19,080 bases of DNA from Methanobacteriaceae archaeon (GCA_003558085.1 PWMT01000088.1:1-19080), one strand, 5' to 3'; counted from the stretch's first letter, positions 9,342 through 18,132 are shown. Notes: generated from the sequence alone by a model not told the origin. Made by a program: numbers and translations.

Positions 9342-9955
9342 ACGAACACACCCTCCTCAAAGACGTTCGGCTCAAAAACCGGCAGTAGTTCCTGCGGCAC
9401 AACGGGCTGCGCGTAGCTCACGGTCTGAAACACCGTCACATCGAGCCGACCGCGCTGAAACCACAACACGTCGTCGCGTGTATCGACCGCCGGCTCCCAC
9501 CGCACGTTCCGCTCGGCCACGTTGAATACTCCTGCCGTGCGGCAAAACCGCTTGGCAAGGCGACGCTGCAACAGACCGCTCAGCGCGCCGAGATAGGCGT
9601 GCATCGCGTCGGTGTAGCCGTTGACCACATCGGTCCCCAGGTTGCCCTCGCCGACGACCACCATAATCCGCAGGGTCGTCTGCAGCGAGTCATGCTGCGT
9701 CATGTCTTGTCGGGCAGCCGCTCGCTCAACGGCGAACAAAGCGATCTCCGGCAGCACATCGCGCAGCCGCTCAAAATAACTTCGCCGAATCACCGACGGC
9801 ATCGGAAGGTCTAGGCTCACGTCCGGCTCTTGCGCCTGCAGGTACGCGGCGGTTGCGTCGAGCTCCGCCTCGAGCTCTTCGTCGAGTAGCTGATTGACCG
9901 CGCGGGTTAGCAGCGGCGTCGCAAGCGCGTATGGCACGGGGATTGCGCTGCTCAT
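9338..9955 (-). CDS. Putative tail terminator/completion protein (205 aa)
   Basis: Follows the gpG-like gene, with ATGA overlaps at both ends. It has an LPEIALF motif and an alpha/beta pattern. The call is positional. Confidence 0.6.
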   Translation of the reverse strand: MSSAIPVPYALATPLLTRAVNQLLDEELEAELDATAAYLQAQEPDVSLDLPMPSVIRRSYFERLRDVLPEIALFAVERAAARQDMTQHDSLQTTLRIMVVVGEGNLGTDVVNGYTDAMHAYLGALSGLLQRRLAKRFCRTAGVFNVAERNVRWEPAVDTRDDVLWFQRGRLDVTVFQTVSYAQPVVPQELLPVFEPNVFEEGVFV

Positions 9956-10575
9956 TGCACCGTATCCTCCCAGCCGTAAGTGTCGACAAGCTGCCGCCGC
10001 AGGTCGTCGGTTTTTAGTCCGAGCCGCGCGCCAGTATCACCAAGGTACTGACTCACCGCCTGCGCGAATAGATTTTGGAACGCGTCAGGCCCATCACCAC
10101 CGAGCGCACTCAGCCGCCGCTGCGGAATCTGATACGGCGTTGTTCCGCGGAGCCATGCCCACTCCGGCGCTTCGCCTTCGCCCTGGTCGTGGTCCCGCGC
10201 ATGCGGCACTTCGATGGCGGCCTCGGCGACGTTGCCTGATACGGTGTAGCTCGACTCCGAGGAGACGCCCGTTGCACCCTCGCGCAGTCGCGAAGGTCCG
10301 CCCCACATCAACACGTCGTCGTCGCCGACCGGCTCATCCATTCCGAGAATCGCGCCCTTGGCGTAGATATACCGCTGCGCCTCCTCGGTATCGGAGTAGA
10401 GCGGCCACGGCGTACCGCTGGCCTCGCCCTGCGTATCCCACACCGCGACGCGCGAGCGCCAGAACGGATCGCGCAGCGACTGCAGCAACGCTTCAACGTT
10501 TTCGAGCTGGTCAACGTGCGCTTCCATCGCCTCAACGACGCCGTCGGGATCGGAGAATGTGAAGCGGATGGTCAT
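9952..10575 (-). CDS. Virion morphogenesis protein, Mu gpG / P2 gpS-like (207 aa)
   Basis: The motifs WDTQG..GTPWPLYS, RLR, HDQG and IPQRRL match the family pattern (FxxqG..WxpLs, HQxG, iPxRxf). Confidence 0.8.
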   Translation of the reverse strand: MTIRFTFSDPDGVVEAMEAHVDQLENVEALLQSLRDPFWRSRVAVWDTQGEASGTPWPLYSDTEEAQRYIYAKGAILGMDEPVGDDDVLMWGGPSRLREGATGVSSESSYTVSGNVAEAAIEVPHARDHDQGEGEAPEWAWLRGTTPYQIPQRRLSALGGDGPDAFQNLFAQAVSQYLGDTGARLGLKTDDLRRQLVDTYGWEDTVQ

Positions 10576-11042
10576 GTTTTCCCCCGCGTTGCGAGCCTGA
10601 CGGCGAGCGGTGCGTTATCGCGGTTGTACCGCTTGACGCGTTTCTCCGCGCTACGGGAGGTCTTGACGCGGTGGTTCTTTGAGGCTGCGGCGTCATCGCC
10701 GAGCCCTTGCGGGCCGACGTCAATGGCGTCGATCATCTCCTTAGCCGACTCCAGCGTCATCATCATCTCGGTGTTTCGTCGCCCGCGCAGCGTATCCACC
10801 TCCCCGATCACGAGCCCGTAGACGACTGACTCGGCAATGCCAATCGTTTCGCCTTCGGGATCGAGATCGGGGTCGACTCCCACCCTGCGCAACCGGGCAG
10901 CCACCCACGACGCCTTCTCCTTGATAATCGCCTCGATGTCACTTTCCGACGGGTTTGACGTCGCAGAAAGCTGAAACGAGTTGATCCGAGAAGCGACCTT
11001 CGTCGGTGTAATGCCCCAAGGGCGCGCGATGCGAGTCGACAC
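10572..11042 (-). CDS. Putative head-tail adaptor (156 aa)
   Basis: GTG start with AAGGGGG upstream, directly after the major capsid gene. The helical pattern PSESDIEAIIKEKASWVAARL is typical of head-tail adaptors. Confidence 0.65.
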   Translation of the reverse strand: MSTRIARPWGITPTKVASRINSFQLSATSNPSESDIEAIIKEKASWVAARLRRVGVDPDLDPEGETIGIAESVVYGLVIGEVDTLRGRRNTEMMMTLESAKEMIDAIDVGPQGLGDDAAASKNHRVKTSRSAEKRVKRYNRDNAPLAVRLATRGKT

Positions 11043-11052
11043 GGTGTCCCCC

Positions 11053-12126
11053 TTAGCTCGTCAGGACGTTCGGCACGCGTACGCCCAAGGCGCGGCGCAC
11101 GTCATCGTCGGTGGTGCCATAGAAATCCAATCCGAACACCTGCTCAATAAACATCGCCCGCGCATCCAGCGCCGGGGTCCGGTACTCGCGCACCATCGCC
11201 AGCGGAGTGCCCGCGGCGCGAAACGCATCAAACTCTTCGGTGCCCTGCTTCAGCCCCGCAAGCGGAGCGTAGTCAAGCACAGGAGTCGAGACGAACGAGC
11301 CCTTGCCTCCCGGCGTCTGGATCATGAAGTAGATGTCGTCGCTGAAAATGGCGCTTCCATCCTTCTTGTACTGGTAGTCGATGACCAACTTCACCGGGTA
11401 GGGGGATCCGATTTGCTGCTGCAAAAAGCGCTCAAGCACCGGGAGCGTAGTCACGCCCGGGGTAATCGGCTCATCGGTGTCGGAGTTGAACGCGACGCCC
11501 TGCGTGGTTTCTCGGACGTCGACGTTGTCCTTCAAGGCCTTCGCGACGCGCCAGTTCATGCCGATGCAGAGCTCGGCTCCGGCAATCGAGAACGCGCCGT
11601 CCTCTAGGAATTTCTCGAAGACGTCTTCGCACACCTTCAACAGCGACTCCGAAGTGTCGGTAAAATCAACCGAGTCCAAAGTGTGATCGGCGTCGAAGGC
11701 GCGGTCTGCACTCGTCGAGCTGAACCGACTTGCCAGCGCGTTCGCATGGACCGCCATCGCGATCGGGACATGACGGTTCAAATAATCGTCGGGAATCGAC
11801 AAACCGTCCGCGTTCAGGTCATGCTCCAGCACGGGGTCGATCTCTAGCAGGCTGTGACGCCGGATGAAGATATCGTACGCCTGCCGGCCGTAGCGCATCG
11901 AAGTCGGCGAGGGGCCGGAGCCCGGAGCGACCTTGTTGTAGTCGGCGTTGTCCGGGTCAATGAGGCCATCGCCCGCGAGCGCCCGGTAGTGTCCGTTGAG
12001 TTTCGGGCTGTCCCACGGGGGTGCCATGCCGATGTTGCCAAACCTGGTATTCTGCAGGTTCACGATCTCGGCCGTCAGATCCGCACGGATCACTGACCGA
12101 CTCGCCTGTGTGTTAGATACAGTCAT
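11053..12126 (-). CDS. Major capsid protein (357 aa)
   Basis: Strong RBS (GAGGAGGAATAACCC-ATG). Size and position after the protease and cement genes fit. The N-terminal DLT...N...P pattern is like lambda gpE-related HK97-fold capsids. Confidence 0.85.
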   Translation of the reverse strand: MTVSNTQASRSVIRADLTAEIVNLQNTRFGNIGMAPPWDSPKLNGHYRALAGDGLIDPDNADYNKVAPGSGPSPTSMRYGRQAYDIFIRRHSLLEIDPVLEHDLNADGLSIPDDYLNRHVPIAMAVHANALASRFSSTSADRAFDADHTLDSVDFTDTSESLLKVCEDVFEKFLEDGAFSIAGAELCIGMNWRVAKALKDNVDVRETTQGVAFNSDTDEPITPGVTTLPVLERFLQQQIGSPYPVKLVIDYQYKKDGSAIFSDDIYFMIQTPGGKGSFVSTPVLDYAPLAGLKQGTEEFDAFRAAGTPLAMVREYRTPALDARAMFIEQVFGLDFYGTTDDDVRRALGVRVPNVLTS

Positions 12127-12129
12127 GGG

Positions 12130-12600
12130 TTATTCCTCCTCTACGACGTGCGCCACCGGCCAGATCACGAGGTCAAACTCGTCACCCGCCGTCGATGCAG
12201 CCGTGGTAGCGACGCCAAGCGTCCAGTACGTTCCAGCGCCGGTCGGCAGTGCGCTGTCTTCGGTTGACACCAGCCGGTCGATCAGGTCCGAGTCCGCGTT
12301 ATACGCGGGCCGAACGAAATCACCGACACCCACCGCGCCTGCAGCGATGGCGCGCACAACGTAGCCCGCGCCACCGGGGTTGCCCGCGGTGTTGCCCGGC
12401 CCGACGATCTCGAGCGGTTGCCCCTCATTCGCCGCGATGCAAATGCCGCCCCGCTCAAACGGGTTGAACGCGTCGGTGGTGTCCTGGTCGGTCTCGGCAT
12501 AATCAGTGCCGTCGAGCTTGCGCGCGCGGCCCTCGAACGCCGAGGTCGTGATGTCTGTCTCGGGCACGGTGGCCCGCCTGTCTCGGGGTAGCGTCAACAT
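12130..12600 (-). CDS. Capsid cement/decoration protein, DUF2190-like (156 aa)
   Basis: AAGGAGG RBS. The motifs AAGAVGVGDFV and LGVATTAASTAGDEFDLVI fit the family, and the gene lies between scaffold and capsid genes. Confidence 0.75.
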   Translation of the reverse strand: MLTLPRDRRATVPETDITTSAFEGRARKLDGTDYAETDQDTTDAFNPFERGGICIAANEGQPLEIVGPGNTAGNPGGAGYVVRAIAAGAVGVGDFVRPAYNADSDLIDRLVSTEDSALPTGAGTYWTLGVATTAASTAGDEFDLVIWPVAHVVEEE

Positions 12601-12603
12601 AGA

Positions 12604-13116
12604 TCAGCCCTCCTTTCGGTTGCGCAGTCGGCGGTTAACCGCATCCTGCATGGTTTCCGGGGGTTCCTCGGGCGCTCCGCTTGCAGCGATGCGCGTGCTC
12701 TTCGCGCCACCGGCGGCGAGGCGAAGAGAAGTCTCGAAGCCCTCTTTGTCCGCGAGCCCGATACGAAGCAGCGCTTTGCGGTCCTTCGCCGACAACTTCG
12801 CGCCGCTGCGGTCGATCCGCGCGTTGAGCTCGGCGGCCCGCGCCTTCATGCGCTCCTTCTCGAGTTGCCCCTCCAAGGACTTGACCCGCTCCGTCAGCGA
12901 GGAGACCGCGCTCATGTCTTCCTTGTCGTCATAGGCCATGTCTTCCTCTTCGTCGTGATCGGCCATGTGCTCTTCATCCCGCGCGAGTTCGTCGAGCACT
13001 TGCTCGGCGTCGTCGTGCGAGTCGGAGGCTGTCTCTTCGTGCTCTTCCTCATTGAGGTCGATCCCGAGCGCGCCTGCCAATCCCAGCAGGTGATCCTTCA
13101 CTTTCGCTGCATCCAT
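12604..13116 (-). CDS. Scaffold protein from an internal in-frame start (Mu gpZ-like, 170 aa)
   Basis: CCAGGAGGAAATCA-ATG at 13116, in frame with the protease (MDAAKVKDHLL...). Confidence 0.75.
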   Translation of the reverse strand: MDAAKVKDHLLGLAGALGIDLNEEEHEETASDSHDDAEQVLDELARDEEHMADHDEEEDMAYDDKEDMSAVSSLTERVKSLEGQLEKERMKARAAELNARIDRSGAKLSAKDRKALLRIGLADKEGFETSLRLAAGGAKSTRIAASGAPEEPPETMQDAVNRRLRNRKEG

Positions 13117-13641
13117 TGATTTCCTCCTGGTCAGCAGCCTGCCGGACAATCGTACCGCCCCGCCGCGTCCGGCACGCAACGAGACAAGGGAAAGTTCATC
13201 GGCCGTCGGTTGCGTCCGCACATGCGGTTTGTCGACGGCTGAAAGTTCATCTAGAAAATACGGCCACTCGCGGCCCTGGTCGTCCACCACGTCGAACGCA
13301 AGCCCGATGGAGGTCCGCGCGATGTCGCCGATATTGAGTTGCACTTGCCCGCGGCGGTTTAGCCGCGCGCGGAACATTACATACTCTTCATGCGGCAGTG
13401 TATCGACCGGAACTCCGGCGCGCACGAGCTGCTCGCGCGACACGGGCAACGCCTGCTCGACGTAGCCGAGCGCCGGGCCGTCCTCGTCATGCTCGCGGTA
13501 GAGCGGCGGCCGCGTCAACGGGACATGCGCGCGGAGCGAGTCGATCATGCGACGCCACTCTCCGTTCTCGCGTAGGTCCAAAACCCGTCCCGAGGGCAGT
13601 GTCAGCTCTTGCCGCGCTATGCCGTAGAGCAACACTTTCAT
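12604..13641 (-). CDS. Prohead protease with C-terminal scaffold (Mu gpI-like, 345 aa)
   Basis: The motifs YREHD..ALGYV, RTSIG and ELSAVDKP fit the prohead serine protease pattern. The C-terminal half is an acidic coiled coil. ATGA overlap with the portal stop. Confidence 0.85.
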   Translation of the reverse strand: MKVLLYGIARQELTLPSGRVLDLRENGEWRRMIDSLRAHVPLTRPPLYREHDEDGPALGYVEQALPVSREQLVRAGVPVDTLPHEEYVMFRARLNRRGQVQLNIGDIARTSIGLAFDVVDDQGREWPYFLDELSAVDKPHVRTQPTADELSLVSLRAGRGGAVRLSGRLLTRRKSMDAAKVKDHLLGLAGALGIDLNEEEHEETASDSHDDAEQVLDELARDEEHMADHDEEEDMAYDDKEDMSAVSSLTERVKSLEGQLEKERMKARAAELNARIDRSGAKLSAKDRKALLRIGLADKEGFETSLRLAAGGAKSTRIAASGAPEEPPETMQDAVNRRLRNRKEG

Positions 13642-15848
13642 GCGGCCCCCGCGAGCACAGGTCCGATATTCTCTCGAATGCGCTGGTACTCTTCGCCGCT
13701 AACCCGACGATAGCGCAATACGTAGCCGCACCGACAACGCGGCGCGCCCTCGCAGTCTGGGTCCGGCAACTCTTCGGCGAGCATCTCTTCGATGCCGCTG
13801 GCAGTCGTCAGATCGAACGAACGCAGATCGCGCGAGGCGCACACACCGCACCGACGGTCATCGCGCACCGAGGTGCGGATTGCCTCGACCGGGACCGCGC
13901 CTTCCTCCAAGCCCTCGGAGTAGGCGTTCATCAGACGGCCTTGCGACTCGATCAGATTTCCGACGGTCGTAGCCTCGCGGTGGAGCTGCGTCTGACCGTG
14001 CTCGTAATCCGCAGCGGTACCGCCCTGCATCCAGTGATCGACCAGCCGCCCCTGCACGCGCGAGGCAATCACGGTCGCGGCCTCGTCTTTCGCAGCCTCC
14101 AACTTGCCGCCCATTTTCGAGTCAATGGCGTCAATGTCGATAATCTCGAAAGTGCGCGCGCCGTCCTCGCCGACTTGTCGTCGTCGCTCATCCCGCGCTT
14201 GAGCCGCGACGTCGCTGGCAACGCGAATCGAGTACGAGTGGATCGCGGCCTCATAGCGCGGACGGAACTCGGCGCTCACCCGGTCGACCGCGTTAGGCAC
14301 CGGCCCGACCTCATCGGGCAGTACGCTCCACAGTGCGTCGCGGTGCTGATTCGCGAGCTCCGCAATCCGGCGCGCGAGCCGGTCGTCCTGCGCAAGGCGC
14401 ACAGTTTCGTTCCGCACCCAGGAAACGAACCGCTCCAGCTCGTGGAGCTCGCGGTCGAACTCGAAAGTTTCGCCGTCCGCATCCTCGACCTGCGTCCGCG
14501 CCGCAAGGCGTTCGTGGCTGCAACACCCTGCGCTTGTTTCCTCCGCGTCAAGCGACTCCGGCTCGCTCGATAGCTGCCCCGGCGATACCGGCAACACGTT
14601 CTCCTCGTCGGCGATATCCGGCAGGTCCAGCTCGTCGGCGAGCTCGCGCTCCCGCTCCGGCGTCCAGCGAATCAGCCCCGCCTGCAACGCAGCGCCGAGC
14701 ACATCCACCCTCGCCGACACTTCGCGCTTGCGCTCCACTAGCGGCGACAGGGTAGGCAACGGACCGTCGTAGCCGACACGTTCCGCAATCGTTGCGCCGA
14801 GCGATACGCCAAACCGTCGGAGTAGCACCTGCAAGTTTGCCCGCGCTTGCTCCTGCGATTCTTCGCTCAATTCCTCGCCAAGCGCGCGGGAGCCGGTTGC
14901 GGTGAACCCAAGGGACTGCATGGACCGGCCAAGCGCCTGGTCAATCTGCGCGTCCCAATACTGCATCACCTCAACGAGGCCGCTGGTCGCTCCAGAAGCC
15001 GGGAAGCTCAAGTCAATCTCGTAGCCGTCCTCGTGCATAAACCAGCGGCGCAGGCCCTGCTCGAACGCGACGGCTTGATCCTCGAGCGCCTGCCAGTCCT
15101 CGGTGTCCGCGCCAGATTTCGGTGCCTTGATGTCCAGCACACCGCTCGAAGCCCCCATAATCATGGTGACGGCGGCCGCCGTGATTTTCCAATTTTCGTA
15201 TGCTGCGACGACCGGCCGGAGCATCGAATGACCCTCGAGCTCACCCGGCGCGCCTTGCGTTCGCACATAGATCAGTGCTCCGCGGGGTATCGTCACAGCC
15301 TTCTGGTCGGTGCGTTGATGCACCGACACCCACTCGCCTGTGGTGCGGTCAATATCCCAACGGCGCACCGTCGACGGCATAACGGGAAACACCTCCAACA
15401 GGTCGCCAGACCACGATGGATTCGCCAGCGCGAAACCATACACCCAATCGTCGACGAGCCAGCCGAGCACGTTGCCCCAGTTTGAACCCACGTCGTACTG
15501 GTCTGTCACAATGCGGTCGGACTGGATCATCTGCTCAATCACGGCGATGAACTCCGCCTGCTCCGCCGATCCCTCGTCGAGCGGCTCCCACGTCGTCTTC
15601 TGGCGTTGCATCTCCACGCGCATGTTGCGGACGGCCGCACCAATGCGGGGGTGTCCCTGCATCTCATCGAGAATGCCGCGCCGCCCCGTGATTCCGCGCA
15701 ACCCGAGCGGCTGCAGCTCGCGCATGTCCTCGCGCGAAGGCAGGCCGATGCCGGTGCCCGCAATAGACCCGTCCGCGATGCGATGGCCTGCCACCACCAC
15801 ATCACGCCGCAAGCCGCGAGCCCCGTATTGCGTTGCGTTCCTCGTCAT
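13638..15848 (-). CDS. Portal protein (Mu gp29/DUF935-like) fused to a MuF-like head morphogenesis domain (736 aa)
   Basis: Start placed at ATG 15848 by its ATGA overlap with the terL stop. Portal motifs are VYGFA, GHSMLRPV, YWDAQIDQALG and TGSRALGE. The C-terminal DDRRCGVC...LPDPDCEGAPRCRC matches the MuF Cys pattern. Confidence 0.88.
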   Translation of the reverse strand: MTRNATQYGARGLRRDVVVAGHRIADGSIAGTGIGLPSREDMRELQPLGLRGITGRRGILDEMQGHPRIGAAVRNMRVEMQRQKTTWEPLDEGSAEQAEFIAVIEQMIQSDRIVTDQYDVGSNWGNVLGWLVDDWVYGFALANPSWSGDLLEVFPVMPSTVRRWDIDRTTGEWVSVHQRTDQKAVTIPRGALIYVRTQGAPGELEGHSMLRPVVAAYENWKITAAAVTMIMGASSGVLDIKAPKSGADTEDWQALEDQAVAFEQGLRRWFMHEDGYEIDLSFPASGATSGLVEVMQYWDAQIDQALGRSMQSLGFTATGSRALGEELSEESQEQARANLQVLLRRFGVSLGATIAERVGYDGPLPTLSPLVERKREVSARVDVLGAALQAGLIRWTPERERELADELDLPDIADEENVLPVSPGQLSSEPESLDAEETSAGCCSHERLAARTQVEDADGETFEFDRELHELERFVSWVRNETVRLAQDDRLARRIAELANQHRDALWSVLPDEVGPVPNAVDRVSAEFRPRYEAAIHSYSIRVASDVAAQARDERRRQVGEDGARTFEIIDIDAIDSKMGGKLEAAKDEAATVIASRVQGRLVDHWMQGGTAADYEHGQTQLHREATTVGNLIESQGRLMNAYSEGLEEGAVPVEAIRTSVRDDRRCGVCASRDLRSFDLTTASGIEEMLAEELPDPDCEGAPRCRCGYVLRYRRVSGEEYQRIRENIGPVLAGAA

Positions 15849-17284
15849 ATCAGCCTGGCTGGACGAACCTTTCCACCAGTGGAACGATGACAACTCTTTC
15901 GTCTCGTGTCAACCGATTTAGTCACCGGCGCTTCAAAGAAGCCCTGCGCGGCGGCATCCCAGAAGTCTTTCTTGCTGCCGTTGTCGGGGTTGTACGACCG
16001 CGCCCATCGCTGCGCCTGGACAATCCAATCGGCATCCGGGTCCTCGTCAACGAATACAATCTCCCCGCGTTCCGCCGCGGCAATGAGCGGCTTCTGCCGA
16101 CTTGCTTTGTCTCCAGTCGGGCGGTGCGGCCGGACCTCGTGGCGCGGCAGCACGTTGCGCTGGTAGTGCGAGGTGTTGTTCTTTCCCGCCGAGCCGGGCT
16201 CCTCCTCGACCACCACCGGGATCCGCCGACCGTCCTGCGTTGCCACGCCGGACATCAGCTCCTCAACGCCAGCAGCCGAGCGGCGCACAAACCGGCCATC
16301 GCGCAGGTAGACCCGATCCACGCCATCGCGGTCGACGTTCCGCGCGACGAGCACTCCCGCCGTCCAGTCCGGGTCGGGATTCTGCGGGCTCGGCGCGGTC
16401 GAGGCCAGATCCCACGACCGCACCCAGGCAAGGCCGCGCTCGATATCCTTGAGCCGGCAATGCGTCCACCGCGCGGACTGATAGAGGCCCTCGACGTAAG
16501 ACGCGTTCCAATTGCCCCCGAGCAGTTGCTCCCGCTCGACGCGCGGCAATGCCTCCAGCGTGGCGCGATAGCCGGGGTCTTTCTCGCGGAGAATCGCGTT
16601 GTCTTCGAGCGACGCCGCAATGAACGTCAACGACCGCGGGTCTTCGCTCTCGCAGCAATGCTCCTTTGCCTCGGCGCGCGAATCAAACCAGACCAACTCA
16701 TTGTCCCGCCGGATGAACCAGCGGATCACGCCGCTGCGCGACGGCACGGGATAGCCGTCCTCTCCGATCCACCAGTCGATCAGTTGCCGCACCCAAGAAT
16801 CGGAGTCCGGGTTGCAAGTTGCGCGAATCCACGGCTTGACCCCGCAGGTCGAGCGGTTCCTCGATGTGAGGTACCAGAACTGCGAGGCGTTGAAGTGCGT
16901 CAACTCGTCAAACAGAATGCACGGAATCTGCGCGCCTTGCCACGCCGTCTTGTCAGTTTCGTGCTGCAGGTGTCGAAACTGGATCACTGAACCTGTCGGC
17001 CAGCGTGCTTCCGCATGTGGGCTTGACCGGAGTTTTGCCTCGAGCGCGCCGTACAACTCCTGAGCTTCGTCCCACACACCACCGGCCGCCGTAATCTGCG
17101 TCAGCTCGCGCCGGAAGAACACGCAGGCAAAGCCCGGCAGGTGGATGCCTCGCAGGGGGTCGAGGAGCAGCGCGTAGGTCTTGCCACCGCCCGCCGCGCC
17201 GCCGTAGATCGCGATGTCCGCCGAGCACGACAGAAACGCGGACTGCGGCCCCGGCTGCGGTCGTATCTCGGTGCGCTCAGCCAT
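15845..17284 (-). CDS. terL: Terminase large subunit
   Basis: Walker A YGGAAGGGKT, Walker B ILFDELTHF, coupling motif RATCNP, and nuclease motifs RSWDLA, DWTAG, EEEPGSAGK and DFWDA. ATG 17284 overlaps the end of terS. Confidence 0.97.
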   Translation of the reverse strand: MAERTEIRPQPGPQSAFLSCSADIAIYGGAAGGGKTYALLLDPLRGIHLPGFACVFFRRELTQITAAGGVWDEAQELYGALEAKLRSSPHAEARWPTGSVIQFRHLQHETDKTAWQGAQIPCILFDELTHFNASQFWYLTSRNRSTCGVKPWIRATCNPDSDSWVRQLIDWWIGEDGYPVPSRSGVIRWFIRRDNELVWFDSRAEAKEHCCESEDPRSLTFIAASLEDNAILREKDPGYRATLEALPRVEREQLLGGNWNASYVEGLYQSARWTHCRLKDIERGLAWVRSWDLASTAPSPQNPDPDWTAGVLVARNVDRDGVDRVYLRDGRFVRRSAAGVEELMSGVATQDGRRIPVVVEEEPGSAGKNNTSHYQRNVLPRHEVRPHRPTGDKASRQKPLIAAAERGEIVFVDEDPDADWIVQAQRWARSYNPDNGSKKDFWDAAAQGFFEAPVTKSVDTRRKSCHRSTGGKVRPARLI

Positions 17285-17645
17285 CGGCCTCGCGACCGTT
17301 CGACGGTAGGACAACCACAGTCTGCTCGCCCTTCACCGTGGCGTCGACTTCGCGGCGTTCCGTGACTTTCCATCCAGCCTGCGTTTCGAGGTAAAACTTT
17401 GCGGCCTGAACGTTGCCTTCGTGCGCCTGCTTTATCAGGCCTCTCGCGACGTTACCGATAGCTCGCGCGCGCCCGCGCGCATAGGCTTCAGATACTTTTC
17501 TGTCACGTTTCATCAGAGCGTGGAACGTCGACTGCGCCATCCCGAAGTAGTCCGCCATCTGCTCGACGGTCAGGAAGGCCGCCAGCGCCTCAACCTGCGC
17601 GGCTTGTTCATTCGTGAGTGTCTTGCGTGGTCGGCCCATAGTCAT
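17277..17645 (-). CDS. terS: Terminase small subunit
   Basis: MGRPRK start, HTH-like TVEQMADYFGMAQSTF, GNVQAAKFYLETQAGW, and C-terminal VVVLPSNGR, directly upstream of terL. The start is 17645 or 17639. Confidence 0.88.
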   Translation of the reverse strand: MTMGRPRKTLTNEQAAQVEALAAFLTVEQMADYFGMAQSTFHALMKRDRKVSEAYARGRARAIGNVARGLIKQAHEGNVQAAKFYLETQAGWKVTERREVDATVKGEQTVVVLPSNGREADG

Positions 17646-17691
17646 CCGGGAAGAAGAAGGTGGAGCGTCCGGGTCAGCGCTGCACTGCCGC

Positions 17692-17946
17692 TCACAAGTC
17701 AAGTCTCCGCTCCTCCGCCTCAACGCCCCCGCACACCACGACGCAGTCCCGCCAGCCATCGTCGGGCCGGCTGCAGCTCTCCAAGCATACGATCTCGTTC
17801 TCGGGATAGCAACGCTCTCCCACCGGCATATCCCCGGGGCGATCGAGCGGAGAGTCACCACAGGCGGCGACCAGTAGCAGAGCGACGGGCAACAGGTATC
17901 GGAATCTCATGGCGTCCTCGGGTATCGGGGTGTCGTCTGCCTTCAT
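17692..17946 (-). CDS. Small Cys-rich lipoprotein
   Basis: AAGGAGG RBS at 17957-17951. Signal peptide MRFRYLLPVALLLVAA-C with a lipobox, and five further Cys in the mature part. Alternative start at 17910. Confidence 0.75.
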   Translation of the reverse strand: MKADDTPIPEDAMRFRYLLPVALLLVAACGDSPLDRPGDMPVGERCYPENEIVCLESCSRPDDGWRDCVVVCGGVEAEERRLDL

Positions 17947-17993
17947 ATTCCCTCCTTGTCAGCCCGGCCCGGAGGGTGTATCTGTTACCCAGC

Positions 17994-18051
17994 CGTGGCG
18001 AGCCTGTTCCTTGCCACGCTGAGGCCGTCGACGCCTATCATCGGCGGCCTC
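17994..18051 (+). repeat. Two adjacent inverted repeats (9 bp and 11 bp stems)
   Basis: CGTGGCGAG/CTTGCCACG (17994-18018) and GAGGCCGTCGA/TCGGCGGCCTC (18021-18051). Each has one G-U pair when read on the + strand. Confidence 0.7.
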
Positions 18052-18132
18052 GCTTCGTTTTGTCCTACCTCCTTCGCCCCGTCGGGTCAACCCTGCATTG
18101 CCTCGGTGCACCGCCACGCACAGTGGGTCAAC

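Noticed and set aside
15849-15893. TTG start for the portal gene at 15893
   Set aside because: It would overlap terL by 49 bp, whereas ATG 15848 gives the ATGA coupling used throughout the operon.
17646-17861. N-terminal extension of terS as given in the ORF track
   Set aside because: It overlaps the lipoprotein gene, and the terS-like sequence begins at MTMGRPRK.
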